In this document: piece by piece, positions 28,971 through 39,488 of the stretch | How the letters are laid out: every line of letters starts with the position of its first letter | How positions within the stretch are numbered: the first letter of the stretch is position 1 | Source of the DNA: Enterovirga sp. | GTDB lineage: Bacteria > Pseudomonadota > Alphaproteobacteria > Rhizobiales > Beijerinckiaceae | Direction: 5' to 3' | Assembly (NCBI RefSeq): GCF_035325185.1 | Contig: NZ_DAOLAJ010000005.1 | Location: 5,166-69,165, forward strand | Length of the DNA stretch: 64,000 nucleotides | Translations under genes and position numbers: made by a program | The notes under the pieces: generated by a model | Databases searched by the model: none | What the model saw: only the letters and a program-made list of their open reading frames with translations | What the model was told of the DNA's origin: nothing

Positions 28971-30320
28971 GTGCCCCGCATCGTGACGACCGAATCCGAG
29001 CCGCGCCTCCAGGCGCTGCGAGCCTTCCTGACCGATCTCGGCCAGTCCCTCCAGGCCGATTTCTCCCTGAAGCTGTGGGACGGCTCGCATGTCCCGCTGG
29101 GGCCGGGCGCGCGGGACGATCTCAGCATCGCGATCAACTCGCCGCGGGCGATCACGCGCCTCCTCCGGCGCCCCCGCCTCTCGACCCTGATCGACCTGTC
29201 GGCCGAGGGCCTGATCACGATCGAGGGCGGCACGCTGCTCGACATCGCGGCCCGGCGCGGCGGCGCCACCAAGGGCACGCTCAGGAAGGTCGACAAGATG
29301 CGCGCCGTGAAGGGGCTCGCTCCCTTCCTCTTCGGCAGCGCGGGGGCGGGCGCCACGAACGCCTACGACAAGGCCCAGACGGCGAAATTCGATGCCGGCC
29401 GCGACGACAAGGCCCTGGTCCAGTTCCATTACGACCTCTCGAACGCCTTCTACGCGCTCTTCCTCGACCCGGAGATGGTCTATTCCTGCGCCTATTTCCC
29501 GGACTGGGAGGCGGGAATCGAGGAGGCCCAGCAGGCCAAGCTCGAAATGATCTGCCGCAAGCTCCGCCTGCGGCCGGGCGAGCGTTTCCTCGATATCGGC
29601 TGCGGCTGGGGCGGGCTCGTCTGCCACGCCGCCCGCCATCACGGCGTCGAGGCGCACGGCGTCACCCTGTCCCAGGCGCAGTTCGATTTCGCGCAGGCCA
29701 AGATCCGGCGGCTCGGGCTGGAGGGCCGGGTCACGATCGAGCTGAAGGATTTCCGGGAGCTGACGGGGACCTTCGACAAGATCGCCTCGATCGGCATGTT
29801 CGAGCATGTCGGGCTCGCGAACCGGGACGCCTATTACCGGCAGATGCGCGACCTCCTGAGGCCGCGCGGCCTCCTTCTGCACCACGCCATCACGCGCCCG
29901 GCCAAGAAGAGCACGCGCGCCTTCCGGCGCAAGCGGCCCGAATATGCGGCCATCGTCAACTACATCTTCCCCGGCAGCGAGCTGGATCATATCGGCGACA
30001 CCGTGACCTCGCTCGAGCGCAACGGCTTCGAGGTGCACGACGTCGAGGCGTGGCGGGAGCATTACGCCCGCACGACGAGACTCTGGTGCGAGCGCCTCCA
30101 CGCCGCCCGCGAGGCGGCCGAGGCGGAGGTGGGGCCGGGCAAGCTGCGCCTGTGGCTGCTCTATCTCGCGGGGGTCTCGCTCGGCTTCGAGCGCGGCACG
30201 ATCGGCATCTACCAGTCCCTGGCCTCGCGCCGCGCCCGCGGCCTGTCCGGGCTGCCCCCGACCCGGGCCGATCTCTACGAGGACGGCCCGGCCCCCCGGG
30301 AGGCCCCCGCCGGCGCGTGA
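28971..30320 (+). CDS. cfa: Cyclopropane-fatty-acyl-phospholipid synthase family SAM methyltransferase
   Basis: HYDLSN, MVYSCAYF, LDIGCGWGG, SIGMFEHVG, YIFPGSEL. Start uncertain (28911, 28971 or 28983). Confidence 0.88.
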   Translation: MPRIVTTESEPRLQALRAFLTDLGQSLQADFSLKLWDGSHVPLGPGARDDLSIAINSPRAITRLLRRPRLSTLIDLSAEGLITIEGGTLLDIAARRGGATKGTLRKVDKMRAVKGLAPFLFGSAGAGATNAYDKAQTAKFDAGRDDKALVQFHYDLSNAFYALFLDPEMVYSCAYFPDWEAGIEEAQQAKLEMICRKLRLRPGERFLDIGCGWGGLVCHAARHHGVEAHGVTLSQAQFDFAQAKIRRLGLEGRVTIELKDFRELTGTFDKIASIGMFEHVGLANRDAYYRQMRDLLRPRGLLLHHAITRPAKKSTRAFRRKRPEYAAIVNYIFPGSELDHIGDTVTSLERNGFEVHDVEAWREHYARTTRLWCERLHAAREAAEAEVGPGKLRLWLLYLAGVSLGFERGTIGIYQSLASRRARGLSGLPPTRADLYEDGPAPREAPAGA

Positions 30321-31603
30321 GCGTGGCCGTGGATATCCTCTCCCTCCACCTGCGCGCCGATCTCCTCACCTGGTGCATCGCCGGGGCCGCGACGGCCGGG
30401 GTGATCCTGCGGCCCTTCCGTTGGCCCGAGGCCGTCTGGGCGATGGCGGGGGCGGCGCTCCTCCTGCTGCTCCGGCTCCTCACGCCCGGCCTCGCCTGGG
30501 CGGGCGTCATGAGGGGGCTCGACGTCTATCTCTTCCTGGCCGGCATGATGCTGCTCTCCGAGCTGGCGCGGCGGGAGGGCCTCTTCGACTGGCTGGCAGC
30601 GCTCGCGACCGCCGCCGCGAAAGGGTCCGCGACGCGCCTCTTCGCCCTCGTCTATGCGGTCGGGATCCTCGTGACGGCGTTCCTGTCGAACGACGCGACC
30701 GCCGTGGTCCTGACGCCGGCCGTCTATGCGGCGGCGAGGGCGGCGCGGGTCGCCGATCCCCTCCCCTATCTCCTCGCCTGCGCCTTCGTCGCCAATGCGG
30801 CGAGCTTCGTGCTGCCGATCTCGAACCCCGCCAATCTCGTCGTCTATGGCGGCGGCCGCATGCCGCCCCTGGCCGAATGGCTCGGCACCTTCGCCCTGCC
30901 CTCCGCCGCCGCGATCGCGACCACCTATGCCGCGCTCCGCCTCGCCTGCCGCCGCGCCCTCGCGGCGGAGACGATCGCCGCCCATGTCGAGCGGCCGGCG
31001 CTCTCGCTCCCCGGCCGGATCGCGGGGATCGCGATCCTTCTCACCACGCTGATCCTGGTCGGCTCCTCCTGGGCGGGGCTCGATCTCGGCCTGCCGACGC
31101 TGGCGGCGGGCGGCGCGGCGGCCCTGGTCGTGACCCTCCTGAACCGCGAGGCCCCGACGGCCCTCCTGAAGGGCGTCTCCTGGGGCGTCCTTCCGCTCGT
31201 CGCGGGGCTCTTCGTGCTGGTCGAGGCGCTCGACCGGACGGGCGTCGTCGCGCTGCTGGCGGAGGAGCTGCGCCGCGTCGTCCGCACGACGGGCCCGGGA
31301 GAAGCCTCGGCCATCCTCGGAAGCCTCGTCGCGCTCGCCACCAATCTCGGCAACAACCTGCCCGTCGGCCTCCTCGCCGCGAGCGCCGTTCAGGAAGCGG
31401 GGACACCGCCCCGGATCGCGGCCGCGATCCTCGTCGGCGTCGATCTCGGCCCGAACCTCTCGGTGACCGGCTCCCTCGCCACGATTCTCTGGCTCGCCGC
31501 GCTCCGGCGCGAGGGGCTGCGCGTCACGGCCTGGCAGTTCCTGAAGATCGGCCTCGTCGTGATGCCGCCCGCCCTCGTCCTGGCCCTCGCGGTCCTGCGC
31601 TGA
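30317..31603 (+). CDS. ArsB/NhaD-family ion permease
   Basis: Many TMs; GMMLLSELARREGLFD, FLSNDATAVVLTP, LPISNPAN, NNLP, DLGPNLSVTGSLAT. GTGA overlap with cfa. Confidence 0.85.
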   Translation: MSVAVDILSLHLRADLLTWCIAGAATAGVILRPFRWPEAVWAMAGAALLLLLRLLTPGLAWAGVMRGLDVYLFLAGMMLLSELARREGLFDWLAALATAAAKGSATRLFALVYAVGILVTAFLSNDATAVVLTPAVYAAARAARVADPLPYLLACAFVANAASFVLPISNPANLVVYGGGRMPPLAEWLGTFALPSAAAIATTYAALRLACRRALAAETIAAHVERPALSLPGRIAGIAILLTTLILVGSSWAGLDLGLPTLAAGGAAALVVTLLNREAPTALLKGVSWGVLPLVAGLFVLVEALDRTGVVALLAEELRRVVRTTGPGEASAILGSLVALATNLGNNLPVGLLAASAVQEAGTPPRIAAAILVGVDLGPNLSVTGSLATILWLAALRREGLRVTAWQFLKIGLVVMPPALVLALAVLR

Positions 31604-31615
31604 TCTCCACGCCGG

Positions 31616-32221
31616 TCAGGTCGGACAGACGCCGGGGCTCTGCACCTCCTTCGCGTCCCGGACCGGCCAGGGCAGGGAATCCTGGAGCTGGATGGTGCCC
31701 ATGATCGTGTAGCCGATATTGGGCGTGTAGGGATATTGCGTCTCGACCAGGATGAAGGAGGAGGTCGAGTCGTTCTGGAAGCTGGGCGGCACCGGGTAGC
31801 TCCCGGACCTCTTCTGGAGATCGCCGGCCGCGGGCTTCGCATTCGGGGGCCAGGCGCAGCTCCATTTCACCGTGCCGGTATATCCCGACCCGGACGTCTT
31901 CGGCGCGACGCCGATGGAGGTGATCACCATCTGCGTCGTCCCGGCATTGTCGTAGGGCCGCATGACGGCCACCGTGGCGCCGAAGATGCTCTTCAGGTCG
32001 GAGGTGGTGAGGGTCCCCGAACGGGTCGTCAGGTCCGCGAGCGTCCGCGTCGCGAGCGTCAGCTTGCGCTTGATGGACAGCCCGGGCTGCACCTCGTTCA
32101 GGCCGAGATAGAAGGCGATCAGGACCGGCAGGACCAGCGCGAACTCGACGGCCGCGACGCCGCGCGCATCGCGCAGGAGGCGCCGGAGACGGCCGGCCGG
32201 CCGGGGGGAGGACGTGTTCAT
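31616..32221 (-). CDS. TadE/TadG-like pseudopilin
   Basis: RGVAAVEFALVLP prepilin-like motif. Confidence 0.85.
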   Translation of the reverse strand: MNTSSPRPAGRLRRLLRDARGVAAVEFALVLPVLIAFYLGLNEVQPGLSIKRKLTLATRTLADLTTRSGTLTTSDLKSIFGATVAVMRPYDNAGTTQMVITSIGVAPKTSGSGYTGTVKWSCAWPPNAKPAAGDLQKRSGSYPVPPSFQNDSTSSFILVETQYPYTPNIGYTIMGTIQLQDSLPWPVRDAKEVQSPGVCPT

Positions 32222-32236
32222 CGCGCGATCCTCGAT

Positions 32237-32863
32237 TCAGTAGGGTTCCGCCATGAAGGCCGCCGTCGAGATGAGGAGCCTGTTGCCGTTGGCGAGCGTT
32301 CCGAGCGAGAGGGGGGGGAAGAAGGTCTTGTACTGCGTCGAGGCCGTGACGAGGCCGATCTGCTTGGCGCCGATCGTCTGGTAGCCGTAGGAGGAGGCGT
32401 CGTATTCCTTCTGCGCGTTGACGGGATTGAGCATCGTCGCCGAGCCGAATGCGTCGATGCCGCAGGTATCCGCGGTGCTGCCGGTGCAGATGGGGCGCAC
32501 GTCCACGTCGATGCTGCCGCAATCGACGAGGGAGCCGACCTCCGCGCAGATCGCCTTCTGCACCTTCGTCCGAAGATCCTTGCTCGACAGGCCCGCATTC
32601 GAGGCGCTGCTCTGGAACTCGCCCGTATAGATCTTGCGCGCGGCGGTCGCGACGGCGTGATCGAGCACCTCGCTCGTCCACATCACCATCGCCACCTCCA
32701 CCGTGGCGAGGAGAGCGAAGAGAAACGGACCGGCGACCAGGGCGAACTCGATGGCCGTCGCCCCCTCCTGCCCCTTTCGGAACCGGGCGAAAACCGGGGC
32801 CGGACGGCGCCCCGCCCCTTTTGCTCTGATCCTCATCGCTCGCGCCTCGCGGCTGGCGGCCAC
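32237..32863 (-). CDS. TadE-like pseudopilin
   Basis: QEGATAIEFALVAGPF; start may be at 32836. Confidence 0.85.
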   Translation of the reverse strand: MAASREARAMRIRAKGAGRRPAPVFARFRKGQEGATAIEFALVAGPFLFALLATVEVAMVMWTSEVLDHAVATAARKIYTGEFQSSASNAGLSSKDLRTKVQKAICAEVGSLVDCGSIDVDVRPICTGSTADTCGIDAFGSATMLNPVNAQKEYDASSYGYQTIGAKQIGLVTASTQYKTFFPPLSLGTLANGNRLLISTAAFMAEPY

Positions 32864-32931
32864 AGATCGGCCGCCATCGGAGATAGCGCGAAAAGTTTTC
32901 CCGTTGGTTGAGGCGATCCCCGGCTTTCGCC

Positions 32932-33510
32932 CTATCGCGAGACGGCGAACTGGTTGTGCGAGTCCGCCTGCCCGCGTGCGTCGTCAAAATAGGTCTTGTC
33001 GTCTCCGAGATTGACCGAGGGCTGGCAGACCGGATTGCAGGAATAGGAATAGCGCCGATCCGCCTTCTGGAGGATCACGAGCCCGTCGGTCTGCGCGACC
33101 ACGTTGACGAGGGATTCGGCCAGCATGTTGCCCGCCGCGTCGAGGGCGATGAGATTCGTGGCGCCGTAGCTCTTGCCGGTCACGACCACGATTCCGTTCT
33201 TCTGCACCGAGAGGTCGGCGATGGCGGGATTGCCGACGATCACCGTCTGGACCCGCTCCGGCAGCCGGATCACCTTGGCCCGGTTGATCGTGACGAAGAG
33301 CCCGCCGCGCTCGACCGCGGCCGCCGGCGGCGCGGACGATGCGGAGGGAGCCGGAGCCTCGGCGGGCGGCGCGGACTCGGTGCCGGCCGAAGCGGGGAGC
33401 GGAGCCGGAACGCCATGCACGAGGCGGACGCCGTCGCGGGCGGCGGCTGAGCCTGCCGCGAGAGCGAGGACCAAGGCTGCCGAGAAGGCCGTCGGAATCT
33501 GGGGGCGCAT
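32932..33510 (-). CDS. Pilus assembly protein with secretin N-terminal (T2SS-T3SS_pil_N) domain
   Basis: Signal peptide, VTINRAKVIRL..VIVGNPAIAD, GKSYGATNLIALD, YSCNPVCQP. Confidence 0.82.
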   Translation of the reverse strand: MRPQIPTAFSAALVLALAAGSAAARDGVRLVHGVPAPLPASAGTESAPPAEAPAPSASSAPPAAAVERGGLFVTINRAKVIRLPERVQTVIVGNPAIADLSVQKNGIVVVTGKSYGATNLIALDAAGNMLAESLVNVVAQTDGLVILQKADRRYSYSCNPVCQPSVNLGDDKTYFDDARGQADSHNQFAVSR

Positions 33511-33572
33511 GTGGAACCCAAGCGAGCGCTGATGCCCCGACCATGCCGCGAATTTGGTGAATATTCGGCTAA

Positions 33573-33733
33573 GAGACCGTTTGAGAACTCGGCGGCTGAG
33601 GTCCGGCGAGGGATTTTTTCGTCCCGCAGGGAGCCGTCCTTGCCGATATGAAATCATATCGGCAAGGACGGCGACGCGGCGGGGCGGAAAAAGGCCCGGC
33701 GGACCGACCCGTCCGACGTTCTCAAACGGTCTC
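33573..33733. mobile_element. 161-bp MITE, IS5-family-like
   Basis: Perfect 16-bp TIRs GAGACCGTTTGAGAAC, TAA direct repeats on both sides, internal perfect 19-bp hairpin at 33633-33672, no transposase. Confidence 0.85.
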
Positions 33734-33829
33734 TAACCTCGTCTTTTCGGTTGAATGCCGTCCGGGACAGCGGCCGTGCGGGCCGGGCGCGTCTTGACTC
33801 GGCCGCCCCTCCGGGCTCGTCGGTGGCGG

Positions 33830-34747
33830 ATGGGGGCGAAGGCAGATTCGGCAAGCCGGACGGGCGGCGGCGGTCATCTCGGGATGGCGGTCCTGTGGAT
33901 GACGGGCGCGCTCCTGTCCTTCTCGATCTCCGCCGTCTCCATCCGCGAATTGGCGAGAACCCTCTCGATCTTCGAGGCCCTGAGCCTGCGCTCGCTGTTC
34001 GGGGTCCTCGCGATTCTCGCGATCGCCCTCCCCGGCCCGGGAGGATTGCGGCAGCTGGTCCTGCGGCGCGCGAGGCTTCAGCTCTTCCGCAACGGCGTGC
34101 ACTGGATCGGACAGGCGACCTGGGCCTACGGCGTCACGATGCTGCCGCTCGCGACGGTCTTCGCAATCGAGTTCACGGCGCCGATCTGGGTGACGCCGCT
34201 CGCCGTCGTCTTCCTGGGCGAGCGCATCTCGGCCGCACGGATCGGCGCCGTCGCGCTCGGCGTCGCGGGCGTGCTGATCATCCTGCGCCCCGGCTACCTG
34301 CCGCTCGACGGGGCGACCTTCGCGGTCCTGCTCGCGGCCGTGTCCTTCGCCGCGACCGCGGTCGCGACCAAGCGGCTCACGGCGAGCGAGACGACGCTCG
34401 CCATCCTGTTCTGGATGAACCTGTTCCAGCTTCCGCTGAACCTCGCCTGGTGCGATCCGGCCTTCCCGCTGCGGATCGTCCCGGGGCAGATCCCGGCCGT
34501 TCTGGGCGTATGCGTCTCCGGCCTCTCGTCGCATTTCTGCCTGACGCAGGCGTTCCGCAACGCGGATGCGACGCTCGTCGTCCCGATGGACTTCCTGCGC
34601 GTTCCGCTGATCGCGCTGGTCGGCTGGCGCTTCTACGGCGAGCCGCTCGACCCGGTCGTCTTCCTCGGCGCGGCGACGGTCGTCGCCGGCGTCACCTGGA
34701 ACCTCCTGGCCGCCTCGCGCCCGGCGCGCGGAGAGGGCGCCCGCTGA
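33830..34747 (+). CDS. DMT/EamA family transporter
   Basis: About 10 TMs; LPLATVFAIEFTAP, GVLIILRPG, VVPMDFLRVP. Confidence 0.88.
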   Translation: MGAKADSASRTGGGGHLGMAVLWMTGALLSFSISAVSIRELARTLSIFEALSLRSLFGVLAILAIALPGPGGLRQLVLRRARLQLFRNGVHWIGQATWAYGVTMLPLATVFAIEFTAPIWVTPLAVVFLGERISAARIGAVALGVAGVLIILRPGYLPLDGATFAVLLAAVSFAATAVATKRLTASETTLAILFWMNLFQLPLNLAWCDPAFPLRIVPGQIPAVLGVCVSGLSSHFCLTQAFRNADATLVVPMDFLRVPLIALVGWRFYGEPLDPVVFLGAATVVAGVTWNLLAASRPARGEGAR

Positions 34748-34753
34748 TCCCGC

Positions 34754-35722
34754 TCACTTGAGGGCCATGATCTGGATGATGGCCGGCGTCATGATCACGA
34801 CGAAGAGGACCGGCAGGAAGAACAGGATCATCGGCACGGTCAGCTTCGGCGGCAGGCCGGCGGCCTTCTTCTCCGCCTCCATCATGCGCGTGTCGCGGCT
34901 CTCCTGGGCGAGGACGCGCAAGGCCGTGCCGAGCGGGGTGCCGTAGCGCTCCGCCTGGATGAGGGCGGTCGTGATCGACTTCACCGGCTCGAGGCCCGTG
35001 CGCTTGGCGAGGTTCTCGTAGGCGACGCGGCGCTCGGGCAGGTAGGACAATTCGGCCGTGGTGAGGGTCAGCTCCTCGGCCAGCGCGACCGATTGCGCGC
35101 CGACCTCCTCGCCGACGCGGCGGAAAGCCTGCTCGATCGACATGCCCGCCTCGACGCAGATCAGCAGGAGGTCGAGCGAATCGGGCCAGGCGCGGCGGAT
35201 CGAGAGCTGGCGCTTGTCGGTGACGTTCTTCAGGAACAGCTCGGGCACCTTGATGCCGAGATAGGTGCAGCCCAGGACGCAGGCGAGGCGCATGGTGACG
35301 CTCAGGCCGAAATCCTTCACCAGGAACAGATAGGCGCCCCCCGCAAGGGCGCAGGCGAGGGGGCTGACGAGACGGAAGAACAGGAAGGTCACCTCGGCGC
35401 CGCTGCCGCGATAGCCCGCCATGACGAGCTTGCTCTTCGCCGTCTCGGTGCCGAGCCAGTCGCCGAGCTTGAAGCGCTCGACGACGGCCTTCATGTAGGC
35501 TTTCGGCGTCTGGCGGAGGACGACCTTCCTCTCGACCAGCCGCTCGCGCTCGCGCTGGCGGATCTTCTCGCGTTCCTCGCCGACCGCCTTCATGCGGCGC
35601 CCGAGCGTGTCGCCCTCCACGAGCGGGAGGGCGAGCGTGAGCACGGTCGCGCCGGCGGCTACGGCCGCCAGCAGAGCGGCCATGAATTGCGGATCGATGA
35701 GCTTGAGCAGAAGCTCGGACAT
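34754..35722 (-). CDS. tadC: Flp pilus assembly protein TadC
   Basis: WPDSLDLLLICVEAGMSIE, QAERYGTPL, KLTVPMILFFLP. Confidence 0.93.
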   Translation of the reverse strand: MSELLLKLIDPQFMAALLAAVAAGATVLTLALPLVEGDTLGRRMKAVGEEREKIRQRERERLVERKVVLRQTPKAYMKAVVERFKLGDWLGTETAKSKLVMAGYRGSGAEVTFLFFRLVSPLACALAGGAYLFLVKDFGLSVTMRLACVLGCTYLGIKVPELFLKNVTDKRQLSIRRAWPDSLDLLLICVEAGMSIEQAFRRVGEEVGAQSVALAEELTLTTAELSYLPERRVAYENLAKRTGLEPVKSITTALIQAERYGTPLGTALRVLAQESRDTRMMEAEKKAAGLPPKLTVPMILFFLPVLFVVIMTPAIIQIMALK

Positions 35723-35735
35723 GCCGCCCGCCTCC

Positions 35736-36710
35736 TCACATGTCGAAATTGATCATCCTGCGCATGACCGCGACGCCGATCGACATCCAGACGGCGCAAA
35801 GGACGAGCGCGACCTTGCCGGGATTGGTGATCCACAGGAGCTCGATATATTTCGGGCTCGACAGATAGGTCAGGACCGCCACCGTGGGGGGCAGGCAGGC
35901 GATGATGGCGGCGGAGGCTTTCGCCTCCTGGCTCATGGCCTGGATCTTTCCCTTCATCTTCTTGCGCTCGCGCAGGACGCGCGACAGGTTGCCGAGCGAT
36001 TCCGACAGGTTGCCGCCGGCCTTGGCCTGGATCGAGATGACGATGGCGAAGAAGTTCGATTCCGGCACCGGCACCCGCTCGTAGAGCTTGCTGATCGCGT
36101 CCGCGATCGACAGGCCGAGCGATTGCTGCTCGACGATGGCCCTGAATTCCGAGCGCACCGGCTCCTGCGCCTCGGAGGCGATCATGCGGATGCAGTCGTT
36201 GAGCGGCAGGCCCGACTTGATGCCGCGCACGATGATGTCCATCGCGTTCGGCAGCTCCTCGAGATATTTCGCGATGCGCCGCGCCTTCAGGAAGCGGAGC
36301 AGCCAGCGCGGGAGCCCGAAGGCGCCGGCGAAGAAGCCGAAGGCCCCCATCAGGGGACTTCCCGTGAGCGCCGTCACGAGCAGCCCCAGGACCAGCCCGG
36401 CGGCGACGCTGACGAGAAGGAATTTCCGCTTCGACCATTTCAGGCCGGCCTGGACGATGCGGCCTTCCAGGGTCACCTTGTGGCGGCTCTTCTCGCGCCG
36501 CTCGAGATCCCTGAGGCTCTGCGCGACCTGGTCGCGCCGGCTGAGCCCCGAGCTGCGCTCGGCGCGGCGGGCGCCCTTGGTCTCGACGAGCGCCTTCTGG
36601 CGCTTCTCCGCGCGCACCTCCCCGTTGAGAAGGGGATAGAGGAGCGCATAGGCGAGCCCGCCCGCCGCCCCGGCGGCCAGGATCACCGCCGCGATCATCG
36701 TCAGATCCAT
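35736..36710 (-). CDS. tadB: Flp pilus assembly protein TadB
   Basis: LPNAMDIIVRGIKSGLP, IQAKAGGNLSE. Confidence 0.93.
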   Translation of the reverse strand: MDLTMIAAVILAAGAAGGLAYALLYPLLNGEVRAEKRQKALVETKGARRAERSSGLSRRDQVAQSLRDLERREKSRHKVTLEGRIVQAGLKWSKRKFLLVSVAAGLVLGLLVTALTGSPLMGAFGFFAGAFGLPRWLLRFLKARRIAKYLEELPNAMDIIVRGIKSGLPLNDCIRMIASEAQEPVRSEFRAIVEQQSLGLSIADAISKLYERVPVPESNFFAIVISIQAKAGGNLSESLGNLSRVLRERKKMKGKIQAMSQEAKASAAIIACLPPTVAVLTYLSSPKYIELLWITNPGKVALVLCAVWMSIGVAVMRRMINFDM

Positions 36711-36747
36711 GACGGAGGCTCCCTTTCGGACAGGCGCGCCGCGCCGT

Positions 36748-38199
36748 TCATGCCACCTTCCCGCGTCCGGCGGTCTCCATCGCGTCGAGCGCCGCCGCGA
36801 GCCGCCCCTCCTCGTTGAAGTAGCGTGCCCGCTCCCAGAATCGCGGCCGGCCGAGGCCGGTCGAGCGGTGCACGCCCGTCAGCCGCCCGGCAGCGTCCTC
36901 CCCGAGGATGTCGTAGGTGACGATGTCCTGGGTGGTGATGACGTCGCCCTCCATCCCCACCACCTCGGTGATGTGGGTGATGCGGCGCGAGCCGTCGCGC
37001 AGGCGCGCCGCCTGCACGATCACGTCCACCGAGGTGGCGATCATCTCCTTGATGGTGCGCGAGGGGAGCGAGAAGCCGCCCATGGTGATGAGCGATTCCA
37101 GGCGCGAGAGGCATTCGCGCGGCGAGTTCGAGTGCACCGTGCCCATCGAGCCGTCATGGCCCGTATTCATCGCCTGGAGCAGGTCGAAGGCTTCCGGCCC
37201 GCGCACCTCGCCGACGATGATCCGCTCGGGACGCATGCGCAGGCAGTTGCGCACGAGGTCGCGCATGGTGACCTGCCCCTGCCCCTCGAGATTCGGGGGG
37301 CGCGTCTCGAGGCGCACCACGTGCGGCTGCTGGAGCTGCAGCTCGGCGGCGTCCTCGCAGGTGATGATGCGCTCGTCCGCCTCGATATAGCGGGTGAGGC
37401 AGTTGAGCAGCGTCGTCTTGCCCGAGCCCGTGCCGCCCGAGATGACGACGTTGCAGCGCACCTTGCCGATGATCTGGAGGATCGTCGCGCCTTCCGGCGA
37501 GATGGCGCCGAAGCGCACGAGCTGCTCCAGCGTCAGCTTGTCCTTCTTGAACTTGCGGATGGTGAGGGTGGGCCCGTCGATCGCGAGCGGGGGCGCGATC
37601 ACGTTGACGCGCGAGCCGTCCGGCAGGCGCGCGTCGCAGATGGGCGAGGATTCGTCGACGCGCCGGCCGACCTGGCTGACGATCCGCTGGCAGATGTTCA
37701 TCAGCTGCCCGTTGTCGCGGAAGCGCACGTTGGTGAGCTGGATCTTGCCGGCCACCTCGATATAGGTGTTGCCCGCGCCGTTGACCATGATGTCGGCGAT
37801 GTCGTCGCGCGAGAGCAGCGGCTCGAGGGGACCGTATCCGAGCACGTCGTTGCAGATGCCGTCGAGCAGCTCCTCCTGCTCGGCGATCGACATCACGACG
37901 TTCTTGATCGCCACGATCTCGTTGACGATGTCCCGGATCTCGTCGCGCGCCGATTCGGGATCGAGCCGCGCGAGCTGGGCGAGGTCGATGGCCTCGATCA
38001 GCGCGCCGAACACCATGCTCTTGGTGGCGTGGTAGGCGTCCGACTTGCGCTTGTCGTGCGCGACGACCTCCTCCGCCGGCGCCGCGGAATGCCTCTCCCG
38101 GCCGGGCTCGACATGGACCGGAGCCGAGGGACCCTGGGAGGGAGCCTGGTCCCGCTTCGGGGGCGTGGGAGCGGAGGGGCTTGAGCGCTTTCCGAACAT
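36748..38199 (-). CDS. cpaF: Pilus assembly ATPase CpaF/TadA
   Basis: [36 protein letters not shown]. Confidence 0.96.
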   Translation of the reverse strand: MFGKRSSPSAPTPPKRDQAPSQGPSAPVHVEPGRERHSAAPAEEVVAHDKRKSDAYHATKSMVFGALIEAIDLAQLARLDPESARDEIRDIVNEIVAIKNVVMSIAEQEELLDGICNDVLGYGPLEPLLSRDDIADIMVNGAGNTYIEVAGKIQLTNVRFRDNGQLMNICQRIVSQVGRRVDESSPICDARLPDGSRVNVIAPPLAIDGPTLTIRKFKKDKLTLEQLVRFGAISPEGATILQIIGKVRCNVVISGGTGSGKTTLLNCLTRYIEADERIITCEDAAELQLQQPHVVRLETRPPNLEGQGQVTMRDLVRNCLRMRPERIIVGEVRGPEAFDLLQAMNTGHDGSMGTVHSNSPRECLSRLESLITMGGFSLPSRTIKEMIATSVDVIVQAARLRDGSRRITHITEVVGMEGDVITTQDIVTYDILGEDAAGRLTGVHRSTGLGRPRFWERARYFNEEGRLAAALDAMETAGRGKVA

Positions 38200-38210
38200 G
38201 CTTGCGATCC

Positions 38211-39455
38211 TCAGGACGCCTTGCGCCGCCCGAGCCGGGCCATCAGCGGCTCGAACAGGCTCGCGCGGCCGCGCTTCGGCTCGGCCTTGCCGGTGAGGAG
38301 CGAGGCGAGCGAGACGAAGATCTCGGCATGTTTCGATCCCGCCTGCACCTCGGCGATCATCTGCCCGTTATTGGCGGCCGTGCCGAAGAGGGCCGCGTCG
38401 TGCGGCAGCACCGCGGCGAACTCGACCCCCAGCGCCTTGGCGAACTCGGCCGGCGCGATCTCGGGCCGCTTCGGCAGCCCGACCGCGTTCAGCACCACGC
38501 GCGGGGCCGCGTCGTTGGGGCGGTTGGCCCGCAGCCCGTCGAGCAGGTTCTTCGTGTTGCGCAGGGAGGCGAGGTCGGGCGTCGCCACGATCACGATCTC
38601 GTCCGAGGAGACGAGCAGGCGCCGCGACCAGGCCGTCCAGACATGCGGCAGGTCGAGCACGATGGTCGGGGTCGAGGCGCGCAGGATGTCGATCAGGGCG
38701 TCGACCGCCGTCTCGGTCAGGTCGGTGGTGCGGTCGAGCACGGCCGGGGCGACCAGCAGCGAGAGATGGTCGGAGCATTTAGAGAGCAGCCGGTCGACGA
38801 GGTTCGCATCGAGCCGGTCGGGCGCGAAGATCGCCTCGGCGATGCTCTGCGGAGGGTCCTGGTTGAAATCGAGCCCGGCCGTCCCGAAGGCGATGTCGAG
38901 ATCGACGATCAGGGTCTGGCTCTTCAGGTTGCGCGAGATCGCCCAGCCGACGTTGTGCGCGACGGTCGAGGAGCCCGCGCCCCCTTTCGCCGCGGCGACG
39001 GCGATCGTGCGCCCGAGGGGCTCGGCGCCCGGCGTCGTGTACAGTTCCGAGACGGCGCGCACGAAGTCGAGCAGGCTGATGGGGGCGATGAGGTATTCGC
39101 TCACCCCCCGCCGCGTCAGCTCGCGATAGAGCAGGACATCGTTGACGTGGCCGATCACCAGCACCTTCGTGCCGGCGTCGCAGACCGAGGCGAGCTGGTC
39201 GAGCGACTCGAGGATCGAGCCCGAATCCGTCTGGAATTCCAGGACGACGATATTCGGGGTCGGCGCCTGGCGGAACGCCTCGAGGGCGGCGGCGGCTCCC
39301 CCCATCTGCACCTTCACATGCGCCTTCTGCATGCGCCGGTCGCGGGAGGCGGCCTCGATCGTCTCGGCCACCACGGCGCTGACGCAGAATGCCTGGAGCG
39401 TCACGCGTGGCACGGGGGCGATGATCTCGCCGGCGGGGTCGGTTTCGTCAGACAT
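38211..39455 (-). CDS. cpaE: CpaE/TadZ (receiver-like plus ParA/MinD domain)
   Basis: KVLVIGHVNDVLLYREL, AKGGAGSSTVAHN, DFNQDP. Confidence 0.93.
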   Translation of the reverse strand: MSDETDPAGEIIAPVPRVTLQAFCVSAVVAETIEAASRDRRMQKAHVKVQMGGAAAALEAFRQAPTPNIVVLEFQTDSGSILESLDQLASVCDAGTKVLVIGHVNDVLLYRELTRRGVSEYLIAPISLLDFVRAVSELYTTPGAEPLGRTIAVAAAKGGAGSSTVAHNVGWAISRNLKSQTLIVDLDIAFGTAGLDFNQDPPQSIAEAIFAPDRLDANLVDRLLSKCSDHLSLLVAPAVLDRTTDLTETAVDALIDILRASTPTIVLDLPHVWTAWSRRLLVSSDEIVIVATPDLASLRNTKNLLDGLRANRPNDAAPRVVLNAVGLPKRPEIAPAEFAKALGVEFAAVLPHDAALFGTAANNGQMIAEVQAGSKHAEIFVSLASLLTGKAEPKRGRASLFEPLMARLGRRKAS

Positions 39456-39488
39456 GGCGCTCCATTCCCCTCTGCTGTCCTTGGGGGC

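Noticed and set aside
28925-31603. 892-aa fusion ending in the permease
   Set aside because: The permease begins at GTG 30317; the upstream part is an alternate frame of cfa.
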